From NCBI GenBank assembly GCA_910577845.1, contig CAJTNA010000004.1, positions 15,280 to 79,279 of the forward strand: 64,000 nucleotides of DNA, in the 5' to 3' direction. The stretch comes from an uncultured Christensenella sp. GTDB lineage: Bacteria > Bacillota > Clostridia > Christensenellales > UBA3700. The notes beneath the pieces are model-generated. The model was not told the origin of the DNA, ran no database searches, and worked only from the letters and a program-made list of their open reading frames with translations. This document shows positions 7,910 to 17,346 of the stretch, one piece after another; the stretch's first letter is position 1; each line of letters begins with the position of its first letter. Made by a program: the position numbers and the translations under genes.

Positions 7910-10339
7910 ATGGATAAAATGAATACTGAAAGTAACAAAATATTAGAGCAAGCTAAAATATTTGGTGCAAATAGCGGTGGCTTAGTAGGAACTGAACATT
8001 TGTTATGTGCAATGGTCTATGTAGATGGTACTAATGTGCAGAGTATTCTTAATAGAATAGGCTTTAATAAGAGTGATATACCTAAAATTATACAAATAAC
8101 TGGGCAACAAGTTGAACCATATTTTAGCCCACGTACAAAGAACGTAATTAGTGGAAGCATCAATTTGGCATCACAAGTTGGCTTGAACTATGTTATTCCA
8201 GAACATATTCTTGCTATGATTTTGCAAGACCAATCCTCTTATGCGGTGCGTGCATTAGTTCAGCTAGGTTGTGACCTAAATGGCTTGATACTTGCTTTGA
8301 CAAAGGCAATAAACAACAATAACAAAATAAATCGTGGTGAGGACAATGACGAGTTCAATTTTGAGGATAATAAAGATGGCTCAAATGTGAAAGAACTTGA
8401 CAAACTTGGTGTTGATTTGACCTTAAAGGCGGAACAAGGCAAGCTTGACCCAGTAATTGGTAGACACGAGGAAATTGATAGAGTTATTCAAATTTTGTCT
8501 AGACGTACTAAAAATAATCCAGTTTTGATAGGTGAGGCTGGTGTAGGTAAATCTGCTATCGTTGAGGGACTTGCAAACAGCATTGTTAAAGGTGATTGCC
8601 CTGAAATGTTGAAAGGTAAAAGGATATTCAGTCTAGATATATCAAGTTTGCTTGCTGGAACCAAGTATCGTGGTGACTTTGAGGAAAGAATGAAAAATGC
8701 CATTGAGGCAATTAAGAAATCAGGCAATATAATTTTGTTTATTGACGAAATCCACACAATGGTAGGTGCAGGCGGTGCTGAGGGTGCTGTTGATGCGGGA
8801 AATATTTTAAAGCCTATGCTTGCAAGAGGTGAGTTGCAAACTATTGGTGCAACTACAATTGATGAATATCGTAAGTATATTGAAAAAGACCCAGCATTGG
8901 AGCGTAGATTCCAACCTATTATAGTTAATCCACCAACTGTCGATGATACAATTTGCATTTTGAAAGGGTTAAGGGATAAGTATGAGGCACATCATAAAGT
9001 ACAGATTAAAGACGATGCGATTGAAGCAGCTGCTGTTTTGTCCGACAGATATATCAGTGATAGATTTTTGCCAGATAAAGCGATTGACTTGATTGACGAA
9101 GCTGCAAGCAGAATGAGAATACACTCTCAAGTTGTGCCTAAGGATATAAAAGAAATTGAGGACCAAATTGTTAAATGCGAGCAAAATAAAAACGATGCGA
9201 GCAAGCAAGAAATGTATTTGAAAGCAAACGAATACAAGGAGAAAATAGACGAGCTTAAAAAATTGCTTGACGAGAAAAAAGCGACTTGGAATGAGAATTC
9301 TAGCAATATAGAACTTTCAATTGGCGAGGAAGAAATTGCACAGATAGTTAGTAGTTGGACAGGTATTCCAGTTGTTAAAATGACAGAGAGCGAGGCTGAA
9401 AGGCTAATTAATCTTGAGGACATACTTAAAAAGCGAGTAATTGGTCAAGAAGAAGCAGTTACAAGCATAAGTAAAGCGGTAAGACGTGCAAGAGCTGGTT
9501 TGAAAGACCCTAATAGACCTATTGGTTCATTCATTTTCTTAGGTCCAACTGGTGTAGGTAAAACAGAATTGTGCAAGTCACTTGCTGAGGCTATGTTTGG
9601 TGACGAGAACTTAATGATTAGGCTTGATATGAGTGAGTATATGGATAAGATAAATGTATCCAAATTGATTGGCTCAGCACCTGGTTATGTTGGCTTTGAG
9701 GAGGGCGGACAACTTACTGAAAAGGTAAGACGCAAGCCATATTCAGTAATATTGTTTGATGAGATTGAAAAAGCTCACCCAGATGTGTTTAACTTGTTGT
9801 TGCAAATTATGGATGATGGTAGATTGACTGATTCTCACGGTAGGACTGTATCCTTTAAAAATACTATTATCATTATGACAAGCAATATTGGTGCAAGCGA
9901 GATAGGTAAAATGTCAACTTTAGGCTTTGGCGGAAATAGCAATACAATAAGTGAGGACGAGTATGATGCAATGCGTGATAGGCAACTTGAGGCATTAAGA
10001 CGTACAATGAAACCAGAATTTATCAATCGTATTGATGATGTAATCATATTCCACAAACTATCTAAAGACAATATTATGGAAATTTGCAATTTGATGGTAA
10101 ATAATCTAACTAAACGCCTTAAAGAGCAAAATATCAATATTGTTGTTAGCGATGTGGCTAAAGAGTATATTGCAGAGCAAGGATTCAATGCGGAGTATGG
10201 TGCAAGACCGCTTAGACGTAGCGTTCAAAAGCTTATTGAGGATAAGTTGTCTGACGAGATTTTGCGTGGCAATATTGCAATTGGGGATAATGTAAATATT
10301 GACTTAAAAGACAATGTTTTGACATTTGATAAAATTTAA
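7910..10339 (+). CDS. clpC: ATP-dependent Clp protease ATP-binding subunit ClpC
   Basis: Clp_N repeats and two AAA+ modules (GEAGVGKS and GPTGVGKT Walker A). I chose the ATG at 7910, after the GAGAGG RBS. The ORF track starts at a GTG at 7901. Confidence 0.95.
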   Translation: MDKMNTESNKILEQAKIFGANSGGLVGTEHLLCAMVYVDGTNVQSILNRIGFNKSDIPKIIQITGQQVEPYFSPRTKNVISGSINLASQVGLNYVIPEHILAMILQDQSSYAVRALVQLGCDLNGLILALTKAINNNNKINRGEDNDEFNFEDNKDGSNVKELDKLGVDLTLKAEQGKLDPVIGRHEEIDRVIQILSRRTKNNPVLIGEAGVGKSAIVEGLANSIVKGDCPEMLKGKRIFSLDISSLLAGTKYRGDFEERMKNAIEAIKKSGNIILFIDEIHTMVGAGGAEGAVDAGNILKPMLARGELQTIGATTIDEYRKYIEKDPALERRFQPIIVNPPTVDDTICILKGLRDKYEAHHKVQIKDDAIEAAAVLSDRYISDRFLPDKAIDLIDEAASRMRIHSQVVPKDIKEIEDQIVKCEQNKNDASKQEMYLKANEYKEKIDELKKLLDEKKATWNENSSNIELSIGEEEIAQIVSSWTGIPVVKMTESEAERLINLEDILKKRVIGQEEAVTSISKAVRRARAGLKDPNRPIGSFIFLGPTGVGKTELCKSLAEAMFGDENLMIRLDMSEYMDKINVSKLIGSAPGYVGFEEGGQLTEKVRRKPYSVILFDEIEKAHPDVFNLLLQIMDDGRLTDSHGRTVSFKNTIIIMTSNIGASEIGKMSTLGFGGNSNTISEDEYDAMRDRQLEALRRTMKPEFINRIDDVIIFHKLSKDNIMEICNLMVNNLTKRLKEQNINIVVSDVAKEYIAEQGFNAEYGARPLRRSVQKLIEDKLSDEILRGNIAIGDNVNIDLKDNVLTFDKI

Positions 10340-10706
10340 AGTATGCCATTTAATTAAAAAGTATATATATAATTATTATAAACTTGGTAAATAAAGTGTT
10401 TGTGGTTAAAATCTAGTTGCTTGCTAGTAATTATGGCTACACCTCACTATTGGGTATACAAAAGTGACTTTATGTGTGTAAAGGTATAATTTTGGTAGTA
10501 GATTCACTTTATTTATGGTTATAATTTAAATGCAAATAAATTTTTTAAGAGTAAAAATAACATTTTTATAATAAATGCTTAAATATCGATTTTCAATGTA
10601 AAATTTATATAAAGTGTATAGTAATTTGTAATAAAATATGTTACAATATAATTGATAAAAATAATAGTTTTTATCAAATTAACTTGTAAGCAAAAAGGGG
10701 GCAATT

Positions 10707-11246
10707 ATGCGTATTGAAATTATTGCAAAAAATTACAAACTAAGCGAAAAACTAAAAGACATCATTGAAAAGAAACTTGAAAAATTTGCTCGTTATTTTG
10801 AAGAAGATGCCAAAGCAAAAGTTTTGTTAAAGCAAATCAATCAAGATAAAGATGTAATGGAAGTAACAATTAACTTTGGTGGCGGTAAAATTATGAGAGC
10901 TGAAGTAGTAACCGATAATATGTATGATAATATTGACTTGGTTTTACCAAAACTTGAGCGTCAAGTTCGTAAATATAGGACTAAACTTGGTAAAAAAGTT
11001 AAAGAAAGTGCCTTTGATATGGATGCATTATATAAAGATTCTGCAGAGGAAATTGATACTAAAGAACTTGCAATTGGCAGGGTAAAACAGACAGATGTTA
11101 AAAAGATGTCTGTAAAAGATGCAATTGCTGAAATGGAACTTTTGGACCACTCTTTCTATGTCTTTATTAATGAAGCAAATGGATTAGTTAATATCGTATA
11201 CAGACGTGCTGTCGGTGATGTAGGTTTGTTGGATTTAATTTATTAA
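10707..11246 (+). CDS. hpf: ribosome hibernation promoting factor, long form
   Basis: MRIEIIAKNYKLSEKLKDIIEKKLEKF is typical of HPF/RaiA/YvyD. The C-terminal dimerisation extension is present. Confidence 0.9.
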   Translation: MRIEIIAKNYKLSEKLKDIIEKKLEKFARYFEEDAKAKVLLKQINQDKDVMEVTINFGGGKIMRAEVVTDNMYDNIDLVLPKLERQVRKYRTKLGKKVKESAFDMDALYKDSAEEIDTKELAIGRVKQTDVKKMSVKDAIAEMELLDHSFYVFINEANGLVNIVYRRAVGDVGLLDLIY

Positions 11247-11281
11247 TACTTTGCTATAATAATCTAAAATGTAATATCACA

Positions 11282-11320
11282 AAAGATGACTAAGACGATT
11301 CTTAGTCATCTTTGTTTTTT
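11282..11320 (+). terminator. intrinsic terminator of hpf
   Basis: 13-bp stem AAAGATGACTAAG/CTTAGTCATCTTT, then GTTTTTT. Confidence 0.85.
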
Positions 11321-11517
11321 ATAACCATACGAAAATCGGTATTATTAGCTTTTTTAGCCTTATTTTGGCGAAAGAATTGCACGTTTAGATTTTGTGTAAT
11401 TTGTAATAATACAAAGTAATTCAAGTTTTGTATGTAATTTATAAGCCTAATTACTCAAAAAAGCTAATATGTAGGTAAGCCTTCCTATTTTTAAAATTGA
11501 TAGTTGTTAAAATGAAT

Positions 11518-11535
11518 ATGTAGTTTAAACTACAT
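11518..11535. promoter_or_regulatory. perfect 18-bp palindrome, candidate operator for the downstream XRE pair
   Basis: ATGTAGTTTAAACTACAT, about 110 nt upstream of the 11645 start. Confidence 0.35.
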
Positions 11536-11644
11536 AAATTAGGTTTTAAATTGAATGGTAGAGCATTATTATAAGTTTTTAATACGCCTTGCAAAAGTGG
11601 CTACCAAAACGAGTTTTAATGACTATCTTAGGCGGAGGTAAGGA

Positions 11645-11887
11645 ATGACTACTTGTGCAGCAGTTGCTCAAAGAATTAATCAATTGTTAAAAGAGAAAGA
11701 TATGACTCAATATCGCTTAGAACAATGCTCTGGTATTCAACACGGAAGTATGCAATGTATTATGAATGGTCGCAACTGGACAATTCAATTAAATAATGTA
11801 ATTGCTATTGCAAAAGGTTTTGGAATGTCAGTAAGTGAATTTTTGAATGACCCAATATTTGAGTCTAATGAGTTGGAGATTGAGTAA
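11645..11887 (+). CDS. small XRE-family HTH protein
   Basis: INQLLKEKDMTQYRLEQCSGIQHGSMQCIMNG is HTH_3-like. GGAGG RBS. Confidence 0.7.
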   Translation: MTTCAAVAQRINQLLKEKDMTQYRLEQCSGIQHGSMQCIMNGRNWTIQLNNVIAIAKGFGMSVSEFLNDPIFESNELEIE

Positions 11888-11901
11888 TTCGGGGGTAAGA
11901 T

Positions 11902-12207
11902 ATGGATTATAAACAGATTTTGGAAAGATTATCCGCAATTCGTGCCAAAAAGAATTTGTCAGCTAGGGAACTTGGCAAAATTTTAGGTAATTCAGATACT
12001 TATATTTACAAAATAGAGGACGGCTCAATAATTTTGAGTGTGCCAAAACTTTTGGAAATTTTGGAGGTATTAGAAGTTCCTGTTGAGGAATTCTTTTATA
12101 AAAACATTCAGCAATACAGAGAAGATATGGAAGTGCAAAATATTTTAAGAACACTTTCAAAAGAGGAGTTTAAAGCATTAATGCTATTGCTTGAGAGAAA
12201 AAAGTAA
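11902..12207 (+). CDS. small XRE-family HTH protein
   Basis: LSAIRAKKNLSARELGKILGNSDTYIYKIEDG is HTH_3-like. The gene starts 14 nt after the previous one. Confidence 0.7.
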   Translation: MDYKQILERLSAIRAKKNLSARELGKILGNSDTYIYKIEDGSIILSVPKLLEILEVLEVPVEEFFYKNIQQYREDMEVQNILRTLSKEEFKALMLLLERKK

Positions 12208-12454
12208 TTACCTAATAAATGATAAATAGCATTACTTGATGATTAGGTAATTAAATGTTTTTTAGTTTTAAATGTGCCACCATTTGCAGTGATGACAAAT
12301 TAACTTGCAATTTTTTGTAGTTTTTTTGTTTGAACTGCTTTTTTAAATTTGGAAAATTATTTTGTGATAGAGATATTCTTGCTAGAATATACGATAAAAT
12401 TGTGTTTTATAGTATAATTGTAAAATATTTTTATTTAATTATATAGTAAAACAT

Positions 12455-12483
12455 TTGCTATTATTTTTAAGATATGCTATAAT
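12455..12483 (+). promoter_or_regulatory. sigma-A promoter of rpsB-tsf
   Basis: TTGCTA, a 17-nt spacer, TATAAT, with an extended -10 TGC. The leader to the start codon is about 95 nt. Confidence 0.65.
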
Positions 12484-12583
12484 TGCAATAGCCAAAAAAC
12501 ACTTAACGCTGAAATCATTCACTGTGCCGTAAGGTTTGAGTGGTTTGAGATGCGTAAGGACGAAAAAACAGGAGGATTAAAAA

Positions 12584-13357
12584 ATGGCAGTTGTAACTAT
12601 GAAAAGCCTATTAGAGGCAGGTGTACACTTTGGACACCAAACAAAAAGATGGAACCCTAAAATGGGTAAGTACATTTATGCAGCAAGGAATGATATTCAC
12701 ATTATTGACTTGCAAATCAGCGTTGGTTTGATTGAAGATGCTTATGCATTTATTAGAGATGTTGCTAAAAGTGGTAAGGACATTTTGTTTGTTGGTACTA
12801 AAAAGCAAGCTCAAGATGCTGTTCGTGAGGAAGCTGAGAGATGCGGTATGTACTTTATGAATAACAGATGGCTTGGTGGTACTTTGACAAACTTCAAGAC
12901 TATCAAGACAAGAATTGACAGATTAAAGAAAATTGACCAAATGGAAGTTACTGGTGAGTTTGATTTGTTACCTAAAAAAGAGGTTGCAGGTCTTAAAGAT
13001 GAGAGAGAAAAGCTTGAGGCTAACTTGGGCGGTATAAGAGAGATGAAAAATTTACCAGGTGCTTTGTTTGTAGTAGACCTTAAGAAAGAGGAAATTGCTG
13101 TTAAAGAAGCTAAGAGACTTGGTATACCAGTTGTTGGTTTAGTTGATACTAACTGTGACCCAGACCTAGTTGACTATGTTATCCCTGGTAATGACGATGC
13201 TATCCGTGCTATTAAATTGATTGCTAGCGTTATCGCAAATGCAGTTATTGAGGCTAATGAGGGTATTGCTTATGATGCAGAGGCAGCTGAGGCTGCTGCA
13301 GAAGCTGCTGCTAAAGAGGCAGAGGCTAATGCTATGGAAGTTGCAACACAAGAGTAA
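12584..13357 (+). CDS. rpsB: 30S ribosomal protein S2
   Basis: [19 protein letters not shown]. There is an Ala/Glu-rich C-terminal tail. Confidence 0.97.
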   Translation: MAVVTMKSLLEAGVHFGHQTKRWNPKMGKYIYAARNDIHIIDLQISVGLIEDAYAFIRDVAKSGKDILFVGTKKQAQDAVREEAERCGMYFMNNRWLGGTLTNFKTIKTRIDRLKKIDQMEVTGEFDLLPKKEVAGLKDEREKLEANLGGIREMKNLPGALFVVDLKKEEIAVKEAKRLGIPVVGLVDTNCDPDLVDYVIPGNDDAIRAIKLIASVIANAVIEANEGIAYDAEAAEAAAEAAAKEAEANAMEVATQE

Positions 13358-13378
13358 TTTTCGGGAGGATAAAAAGTT

Positions 13379-14224
13379 ATGTTTACTAATAAAGACGTTA
13401 TGGCTTTGAGAGCTAAAACTGGTGTAGGTATGATGGACTGCAAAAAGGCTTTGACAGAGGCTAATGGTGATATGGAAAAGGCTGTTGAATTACTACGTGA
13501 AAAAGGTATGGCTACAGCAAGCAAAAGAGCTGATAAGATTGCATCTCAAGGTATCGTTTATGCTATGACAAAAGGTAATAGTGGCGTTCTTGTTGAGGTT
13601 AATTGTGAGTCTGACTTCGTTGCTCGTGGTGACCAATTTAAAGAGCTTGCAAACACTGTTGCTTGCTATATCATAGATAAAAATATCGCTGACATTGATA
13701 CTTTAAACAATGAGCAATATATCAATGACCTTGTTCACGAGGCTATTGCTAAAATTGGTGAGAAAATCAATGTTAGAAGATTTGCTAAATTCAATGGCAA
13801 TGTTACAAGCTATATTCATATGGGTGGTAAAATCGGTGTAATGCTAGAGGGCACTTGTTCTGAAAATATAGCACACGATGTAGCATTGCAAATTGCCGCT
13901 GCAAATCCTTTGTATCTTGCAAAAGAGGATGTTCCTACTGATGCATTGGAAAAGGAAAAAGAAATCTTGCGTGCACAAGCTCTTAACGAGGGTAAGCCAG
14001 AGGCTATCGTTGACAAAATGGTAGTTGGTAGAATCAACAAGTACTATAAAGATGTTTGCTTGCTAGAGCAACCATTTGTAAAAGATGGTGACAAGGCTGT
14101 TAAAAACGTTTTGGACGGAACAATTTCTGCTTTTGTACGTTTTGAAATGGGCGAAGGTCTTGAGAAGAAAAATGAGGATTTGGCTAGTGAAGTTCAAGCT
14201 CAAATTGATGCTTCTAAAAAATAA
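13379..14224 (+). CDS. tsf: elongation factor Ts
   Basis: [34 protein letters not shown]. Confidence 0.96.
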   Translation: MFTNKDVMALRAKTGVGMMDCKKALTEANGDMEKAVELLREKGMATASKRADKIASQGIVYAMTKGNSGVLVEVNCESDFVARGDQFKELANTVACYIIDKNIADIDTLNNEQYINDLVHEAIAKIGEKINVRRFAKFNGNVTSYIHMGGKIGVMLEGTCSENIAHDVALQIAAANPLYLAKEDVPTDALEKEKEILRAQALNEGKPEAIVDKMVVGRINKYYKDVCLLEQPFVKDGDKAVKNVLDGTISAFVRFEMGEGLEKKNEDLASEVQAQIDASKK

Positions 14225-14245
14225 TGATATAATGTAATTAAATCT

Positions 14246-14274
14246 AGGGAACACTTTTTCTGTTCCCTTTTTTT
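14246..14274 (+). terminator. intrinsic terminator between tsf and pyrH
   Basis: Stem AGGGAACA/TGTTCCCT followed by TTTTTT. Confidence 0.8.
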
Positions 14275-14324
14275 AAGGTATGATAGTTTTTTTAATAATA
14301 GAGTAATTAATCAAGGAGAAAACA

Positions 14325-15026
14325 ATGGCAAAGTATAAAAGAGTTATTATAAAATTAAGTGGCGAGGCTCTTGCTGGTGAAAAAGGTTTTGGCTTGGATG
14401 AGTCAGTTATAGAATATGTAGTTAAACAAATTAAACAAGTAGTAGATAGTGGTGTTGAGGTAGGTATTATTATCGGTGGCGGTAACTTTTGGCGTGGTAG
14501 ACAAGGCTCTAATATGGATAGAACTACTGCTGACCATATGGGAATGCTAGCAACTGTTATCAATTCACTTGCTATGCAAGACGCTCTTGAGAGAAATGGC
14601 ATTGCTACACGTGTTCAAACCGCACTTACCATAACAAGGGTTGCTGAACCTTATATTTTACGTAAAGCAATGCGTCATTTTGAAAAGGGCAGAGTTGTAA
14701 TTTTTGCTTGTGGAACTGGTAACCCTTATTTTAGTACAGATACTGGTGCAGCTCTTAGAGCAGCCGAGATTGGTGCTGAGGCACTTTTGCTTGCTAAAAA
14801 TGTTGACGGAATTTATGATAGCGACCCTAAAAAGAACCCTAATGCTAAAAAGTTTGACGAAATCACTTATATTGATGTAATCAAAAAAGGCTTGAATGCT
14901 ATGGATACTACAGCTATCAGTCTTTGTATGGAAAATAAAATTCCAGTAATCGCTTTTGCTTTGTCAGAGGAAAATAGTATTATCAAAGCTGTTAAAGGCG
15001 AAACTATTGGTACAATTATTAAGTAA
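14325..15026 (+). CDS. pyrH: UMP kinase
   Basis: [16 protein letters not shown]...[10 protein letters not shown]. Confidence 0.96.
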   Translation: MAKYKRVIIKLSGEALAGEKGFGLDESVIEYVVKQIKQVVDSGVEVGIIIGGGNFWRGRQGSNMDRTTADHMGMLATVINSLAMQDALERNGIATRVQTALTITRVAEPYILRKAMRHFEKGRVVIFACGTGNPYFSTDTGAALRAAEIGAEALLLAKNVDGIYDSDPKKNPNAKKFDEITYIDVIKKGLNAMDTTAISLCMENKIPVIAFALSEENSIIKAVKGETIGTIIK

Positions 15027-15080
15027 TTTGGCAAATAAATAGCATTTATAATTAGGTTTGCTTAAAATTTGATTTTGCTA

Positions 15081-15109
15081 TTGCTTTTAATTGTACTTTA
15101 ATGTATAAT
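15081..15109 (+). promoter_or_regulatory. sigma-A promoter of frr
   Basis: TTGCTT, a 17-nt spacer, TATAAT. Confidence 0.6.
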
Positions 15110-15150
15110 GTAATTAATGATTACAACTATTTATTATAAGAGGTGAAAGA

Positions 15151-15726
15151 ATGGCTTACGAAAGTATGGAAATATTGGAACTTTTTGATGAGTTCGAGAG
15201 TAAAATGGATAAAAGTGTGTCAAATTTGAAATATGAGTTTTCTCAAATGAAAGCTGGTAGAGCAAATGCACATATTCTTGATAAAATTACAGCAGATTAT
15301 TATGGCACAGAAACACCTATCAATCAAATGGCTAATGTAAGTGTACCAGAGGCTAGACTACTTGTTATAGCTCCTTGGGATGCAAGCACTGTTAAAGGTA
15401 TTGAAAAGGCAATTACTGCTGCAAATATTGGTATTACACCAAATAGTGATGGTAAAGTTATTCGATTAATTTTTCCTGAACTTACTGAGGAACGTCGCCG
15501 TGATTTAGTTAAACAAATTAAATCAACTAGTGAAAATTGCAAAGTTGTTTTAAGAAATGCTAGACGTGATATTAACGATGTGCTTAAAAAGATGAAAAAG
15601 GACTCTGCAATATCTGAAGACGATTGTGCAACTTATGAAAAAGATGTTGATAAAAAGTTAGCAGAGCAAGTTGCAATTGTTGAAAAAGTAACAAGTGATA
15701 AAGAAAAAGAGGTTATGAGTGTTTGA
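15151..15726 (+). CDS. frr: ribosome recycling factor
   Basis: Typical RRF sequence (MKAGRANAHILD, IRLIFPELTEERRRDLVK). Confidence 0.96.
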   Translation: MAYESMEILELFDEFESKMDKSVSNLKYEFSQMKAGRANAHILDKITADYYGTETPINQMANVSVPEARLLVIAPWDASTVKGIEKAITAANIGITPNSDGKVIRLIFPELTEERRRDLVKQIKSTSENCKVVLRNARRDINDVLKKMKKDSAISEDDCATYEKDVDKKLAEQVAIVEKVTSDKEKEVMSV

Positions 15727-15916
15727 TAGTAGAGTGTATATTGGTATGCCATATGAAAAAGCAAAATCTATTTTACTGGAGCAAGGCTACAATGTACAAG
15801 AGTTGGAAAACACTGCAGACGATAAACACGCCTATGATACAAAACTTGTAGTGCGAGTGCATAAAAATAATAACCAAATAACTTTAACAACAGCAAAATT
15901 TTTAATGAATATATAA
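15719..15916 (+). CDS. small hypothetical protein, PASTA-like fold suggested
   Basis: GTG start 6-7 nt after AAAGAGG, overlapping the frr stop. IGMPYEKAKSILLEQGYNV resembles a PASTA-type domain. Weak call. Confidence 0.35.
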   Translation: MFDSRVYIGMPYEKAKSILLEQGYNVQELENTADDKHAYDTKLVVRVHKNNNQITLTTAKFLMNI

Positions 15917-16274
15917 ATAATATTGTATATTAATGTATGTCAAAATCGTTATATATTTGACTTTTGACAACAACAAGGAAATTAAAGAAATATGCCTTGC
16001 CAATATTGTATAAGATTATTTACAAATTATAAACTATGAGGATAGATTGCAATAAATTAAAGATAAATATAAATTACAATTAGTTAAGTGTTATATTTGT
16101 TAAATACAAACATTAAAAAAACAAAATGGGATATTAACATTTCATAGTAGTTTTTATAACTTTTATTTATTAAAAGTAAATTTTGCTCAATTAGTGTATA
16201 AAGTGTCAAAAAAAGTATACTTTTTTTGTAGATAACCATTACTATATTTTTTACAAATTTCTACAAATACAAAA

Positions 16275-16306
16275 AATAATGACTGGATTTTCAGCCATTA
16301 TTTTTG
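16275..16306 (+). terminator. orphan intrinsic terminator inside the frr-uppS gap
   Basis: AATAATGACTG-GATTTT-CAGCCATTATT (one mismatch) followed by TTTTG. The nearest upstream ORF ends about 350 nt earlier. Confidence 0.55.
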
Positions 16307-16559
16307 TTATATGAAAAAGATATATTATTGTTTTGTAGGAATTAAAATTTTAAATAAATTTCATTTGTTTTGTATTTTGCGGTGATAATTTTTATTATTT
16401 ATTATATAATATAAAACTTCTTGATTATTTTGGTAAAAAGTAGTATAATTATAATGTTTAAGTATGTACTAATTAAGATTGTTTGGAATTATGGTAAAAT
16501 TTGTGGAAATTGTATAGATTATTTTAATCTGTTTAATAATTAAACAATACTTTATTTTG

Positions 16560-16568
16560 TGTTATAAT
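16560..16568 (+). promoter_or_regulatory. extended -10 promoter element upstream of uppS
   Basis: TGTTATAAAT-type element. The exact TGnTATAAT (TGTTATAAT) lies about 90 nt before the uppS start. Confidence 0.5.
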
Positions 16569-16658
16569 GTATAAATTATTTAAAATTAGGATTTATTAAA
16601 TTTAATCTTAATACTTATAATTTAGATTTTTACTTTAATATAATTAGGTAGAGGGTAT

Positions 16659-17345
16659 ATGGAAGAATTAAAAATACCAAAACACATTGCATTTATTATG
16701 GACGGCAATGGCAGATGGGCAAAAAAAAGACATTTACCACGTAGTGTAGGGCACAGAGAAGGTGTAGGTAGTATGCGTAAAGTGGTTGAAGCTTGTCACA
16801 ATAGAGGTGTGCAAGTTGTATCCTTTTATGCTTTCAGCACGGAAAACTGGAGTCGTCCTCAAGAGGAAATAGATACTTTGTTTGGTATGCTTGAAAAATT
16901 TGCTAAAAGCGAAATACCAAAGTACGCTAAACGCAATTTTATTATAACTACTATGGGTGATTTAAACCAATTACCAGATAGCGTGAGAAATGCTTTAGTG
17001 GAAAATATGAAGCTTTGCGAAGGCAATACTGGTATGGTTGTAAACCTTGGTATTAATTATGGCGGACGTGACGAAATAGTTTATGCAGTAAATAAAATTA
17101 TAAGTAAAGGGATTGAGGTCAATAAGGAAAATATATCTGCAAATTTGTATACAAGTGATTTGCCCGAACCCGATGTTATGGTGCGTTCAAGCGGTGAGGT
17201 AAGGTTATCTAATTTTATGTTATGGCAGTTATCGTATTCCGAGTTTATCTTTATTGATACACTTTGGCCTGATATGGATGAGAAAATTATTGATGAAATA
17301 ATTACAGAATATAATAAACGTGACAGACGTTTTGGGAGGGTGTAA
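16659..17345 (+). CDS. uppS: undecaprenyl diphosphate synthase
   Basis: HIAFIMDGNGRWA, FSTENWSRP, RSSGEVRLSNFMLWQ. Confidence 0.96.
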   Translation: MEELKIPKHIAFIMDGNGRWAKKRHLPRSVGHREGVGSMRKVVEACHNRGVQVVSFYAFSTENWSRPQEEIDTLFGMLEKFAKSEIPKYAKRNFIITTMGDLNQLPDSVRNALVENMKLCEGNTGMVVNLGINYGGRDEIVYAVNKIISKGIEVNKENISANLYTSDLPEPDVMVRSSGEVRLSNFMLWQLSYSEFIFIDTLWPDMDEKIIDEIITEYNKRDRRFGRV

Positions 17346-17346
17346 T

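Noticed and set aside
8260-10188. Six antisense ORFs of 60-156 aa inside clpC (8260-8442, 8488-8958, 8969-9208, 9127-9423, 9445-9663, 9835-10188)
   Set aside because: They lie opposite a strongly recognisable ClpC frame. Their translations are S/L/I-rich with no motifs and no RBS. They are typical shadow ORFs.
17320-17346. Longer N-terminal extensions offered by the ORF track: cdsA 17320, nusA 24827, ylxQ 26145, infB 26443, nrnA 29483, the 32238 ORF, queA 38589, ankyrin 42100, aroE 48841, sulfatase 57791, GH2 59283 and manA 62809
   Set aside because: In each case an internal ATG is preceded by a GGAGG-like RBS at 5-9 nt and gives the N-terminus typical of the family. The extensions overlap upstream genes or start at weak codons.
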